Assembly: GCF_046119375.1 (NCBI RefSeq) | Contig: NW_027362761.1 | Location: 604,128,001-604,192,000 of the forward strand | Direction of reading: 5' to 3' | DNA from: Phyllobates terribilis | Lineage: Eukaryota | Length of the DNA stretch: 64,000 bases | Shown here: positions 62,850-64,000 of the stretch, piece after piece | Position numbering within the stretch: position 1 is the stretch's first letter | How the letters are laid out: every line of letters starts with the position of its first letter | Position numbers and translations under genes: made by a program | Notes under the pieces: model-generated | Database searches by the model: none | What the model was told of the DNA's origin: nothing | Seen by the model: the letters and a program-made list of their open reading frames with translations, nothing else

Positions 62850-63562
62850 TGCCTTTGAAATGGAAACCAGGCCCAGAGATTCAATAATGCACAAAAACCA
62901 TAAGAACTGGGGAGTCAAGATGTGGAATATTCGGCTGTAACAGAAGCAGATCTGGAGAGCGGCACAACAATGAGGGTCTGCACGAGCCGTGAAATGCGTG
63001 GAGGTTCTTTGCAAGTTTGTGGCTGCATTTCAGCAAATGGAGTTTGGGATTTGGTCAGGATTGTTGGTGTCCTCAATGCTGAGAAATACAGGAGATGCTT
63101 ATACATCATGCAATACCATCAAGGGAGTATCTGGCTACAAATTGATTCTGCAGCAGAATGACTCTAAATATACAGCTAATGTCATTAAAAAATATACTTG
63201 GCTTAAAGCAAAACAAGGAGTCCTGGGTGTAACGATCCGGCTTCACAGATCCCTGATCTCACATCATTCAGTCGGTCTGGGATCATGTGAAGAGACAGAA
63301 GGATCTGCACAAGCCTCATACACAGAAGATCTGGGGTCAGGTCTCCAAGATGTTTGGAACAACCTCCTGCTAAGTTCCTCCATAACCTCTGTACACGTGT
63401 ATCTACAAGTATTGATGCTGCTTTGAAGTGCGGTCACTCCAAATATTGGTTTGATTTAGATTTTGCATCATTTGTATTTACTTTGCTAACATTTCTATAT
63501 GTGAAAGCATTCTTACTTTACAGCTTTTGTTTTCAGACCTGTCAAACATTTGCACAGTACCG
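62850..63562 (+). mobile_element. Tc1-like transposon 3' fragment, probably DD38E (Intruder-type)
   Basis: GGSLQVCGCIS; QQ(D)NDSKYTANVIKKY...GVLGVT..SPDL.II spacing is consistent with 38 after frameshift repair. Terminus AAACATTTGCACAGTAC(C)GTA. Confidence 0.6.
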
Positions 63563-64000
63563 TAAGACCATACAGGTGGCAAAATAAACATCAAGGGATT
63601 TCGGCAAAACAAGTACGCCTTTTAGCCAGATCGACATAGAAAATTACCAGAAGAGCGTCATTATTAGAGACCAGTTGTTGCGGATTACAAGGTTCAGAAT
63701 TAGATGGCATACATTCCCAAGTAGTTAGTTCTGTGTCTAAGCTAGAGTACAAAGCAAGCAGCTAGGTGGATACAAACTGGTTTGTCAAACATTCTATGGA
63801 AATCAGGCAGGAAGGAAGATAGACAATCTTCTGATACATTTTCTGTTTCCCATAAGATGCCGTCCTAGCCAGGACATCTCCACACTACAAAGAAAAAATA
63901 TAACCCATTTTCAATCAGAAAATAATTGTTCAGTGTACGGTGCATTGACGAACTAAGCCTCAACAAGACTTATGGTCTCCACGAAAGTGAGCAGGTGTAG

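Noticed and set aside
63600-64000. Minus-strand MSWLGR, reminiscent of L1/Tx1 ORF2
   Set aside because: Only a short motif amid stops; insufficient to assign.

Overview
This is a vertebrate genomic window, most likely from a frog. That is an inference from the amphibian-type KRAB exon, frog-type Penelope elements and the SINE/MITE repertoire. The dominant feature is a head-to-tail array (6545-32181) of nine near-identical copies of a compact 3-exon SBK-family Ser/Thr kinase gene, with a period of exactly 3005 bp for seven intervals and 2994 bp for the last. Each unit has its own CCAAT/TATA promoter and poly(A) signals, and each inter-gene spacer carries one SINE. Eight copies have intact 296/297-aa ORFs encoding six distinct proteins; copy 5 has a nonsense codon. 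All copies are non-RD (HLD), and the coding differences I found are almost all amino-acid changing. The rest is transposon-dense. It includes Penelope-like elements with four hammerhead-ribozyme motifs, a 1.05-kb fold-back insertion with a 16-bp TSD inside a DD41D Tc1/mariner, and a TSD-bounded 8955-bp hAT element with nested Tc1 and solo LTR. There is also a 1290-bp solo LTR, DD37E/DD34E/DD38E Tc1 relics, CR1/L2/Gypsy fragments, and the 5' part of a KRAB-type gene with three GC-rich minisatellites. Family assignments are from motif recognition only; no database search was run.
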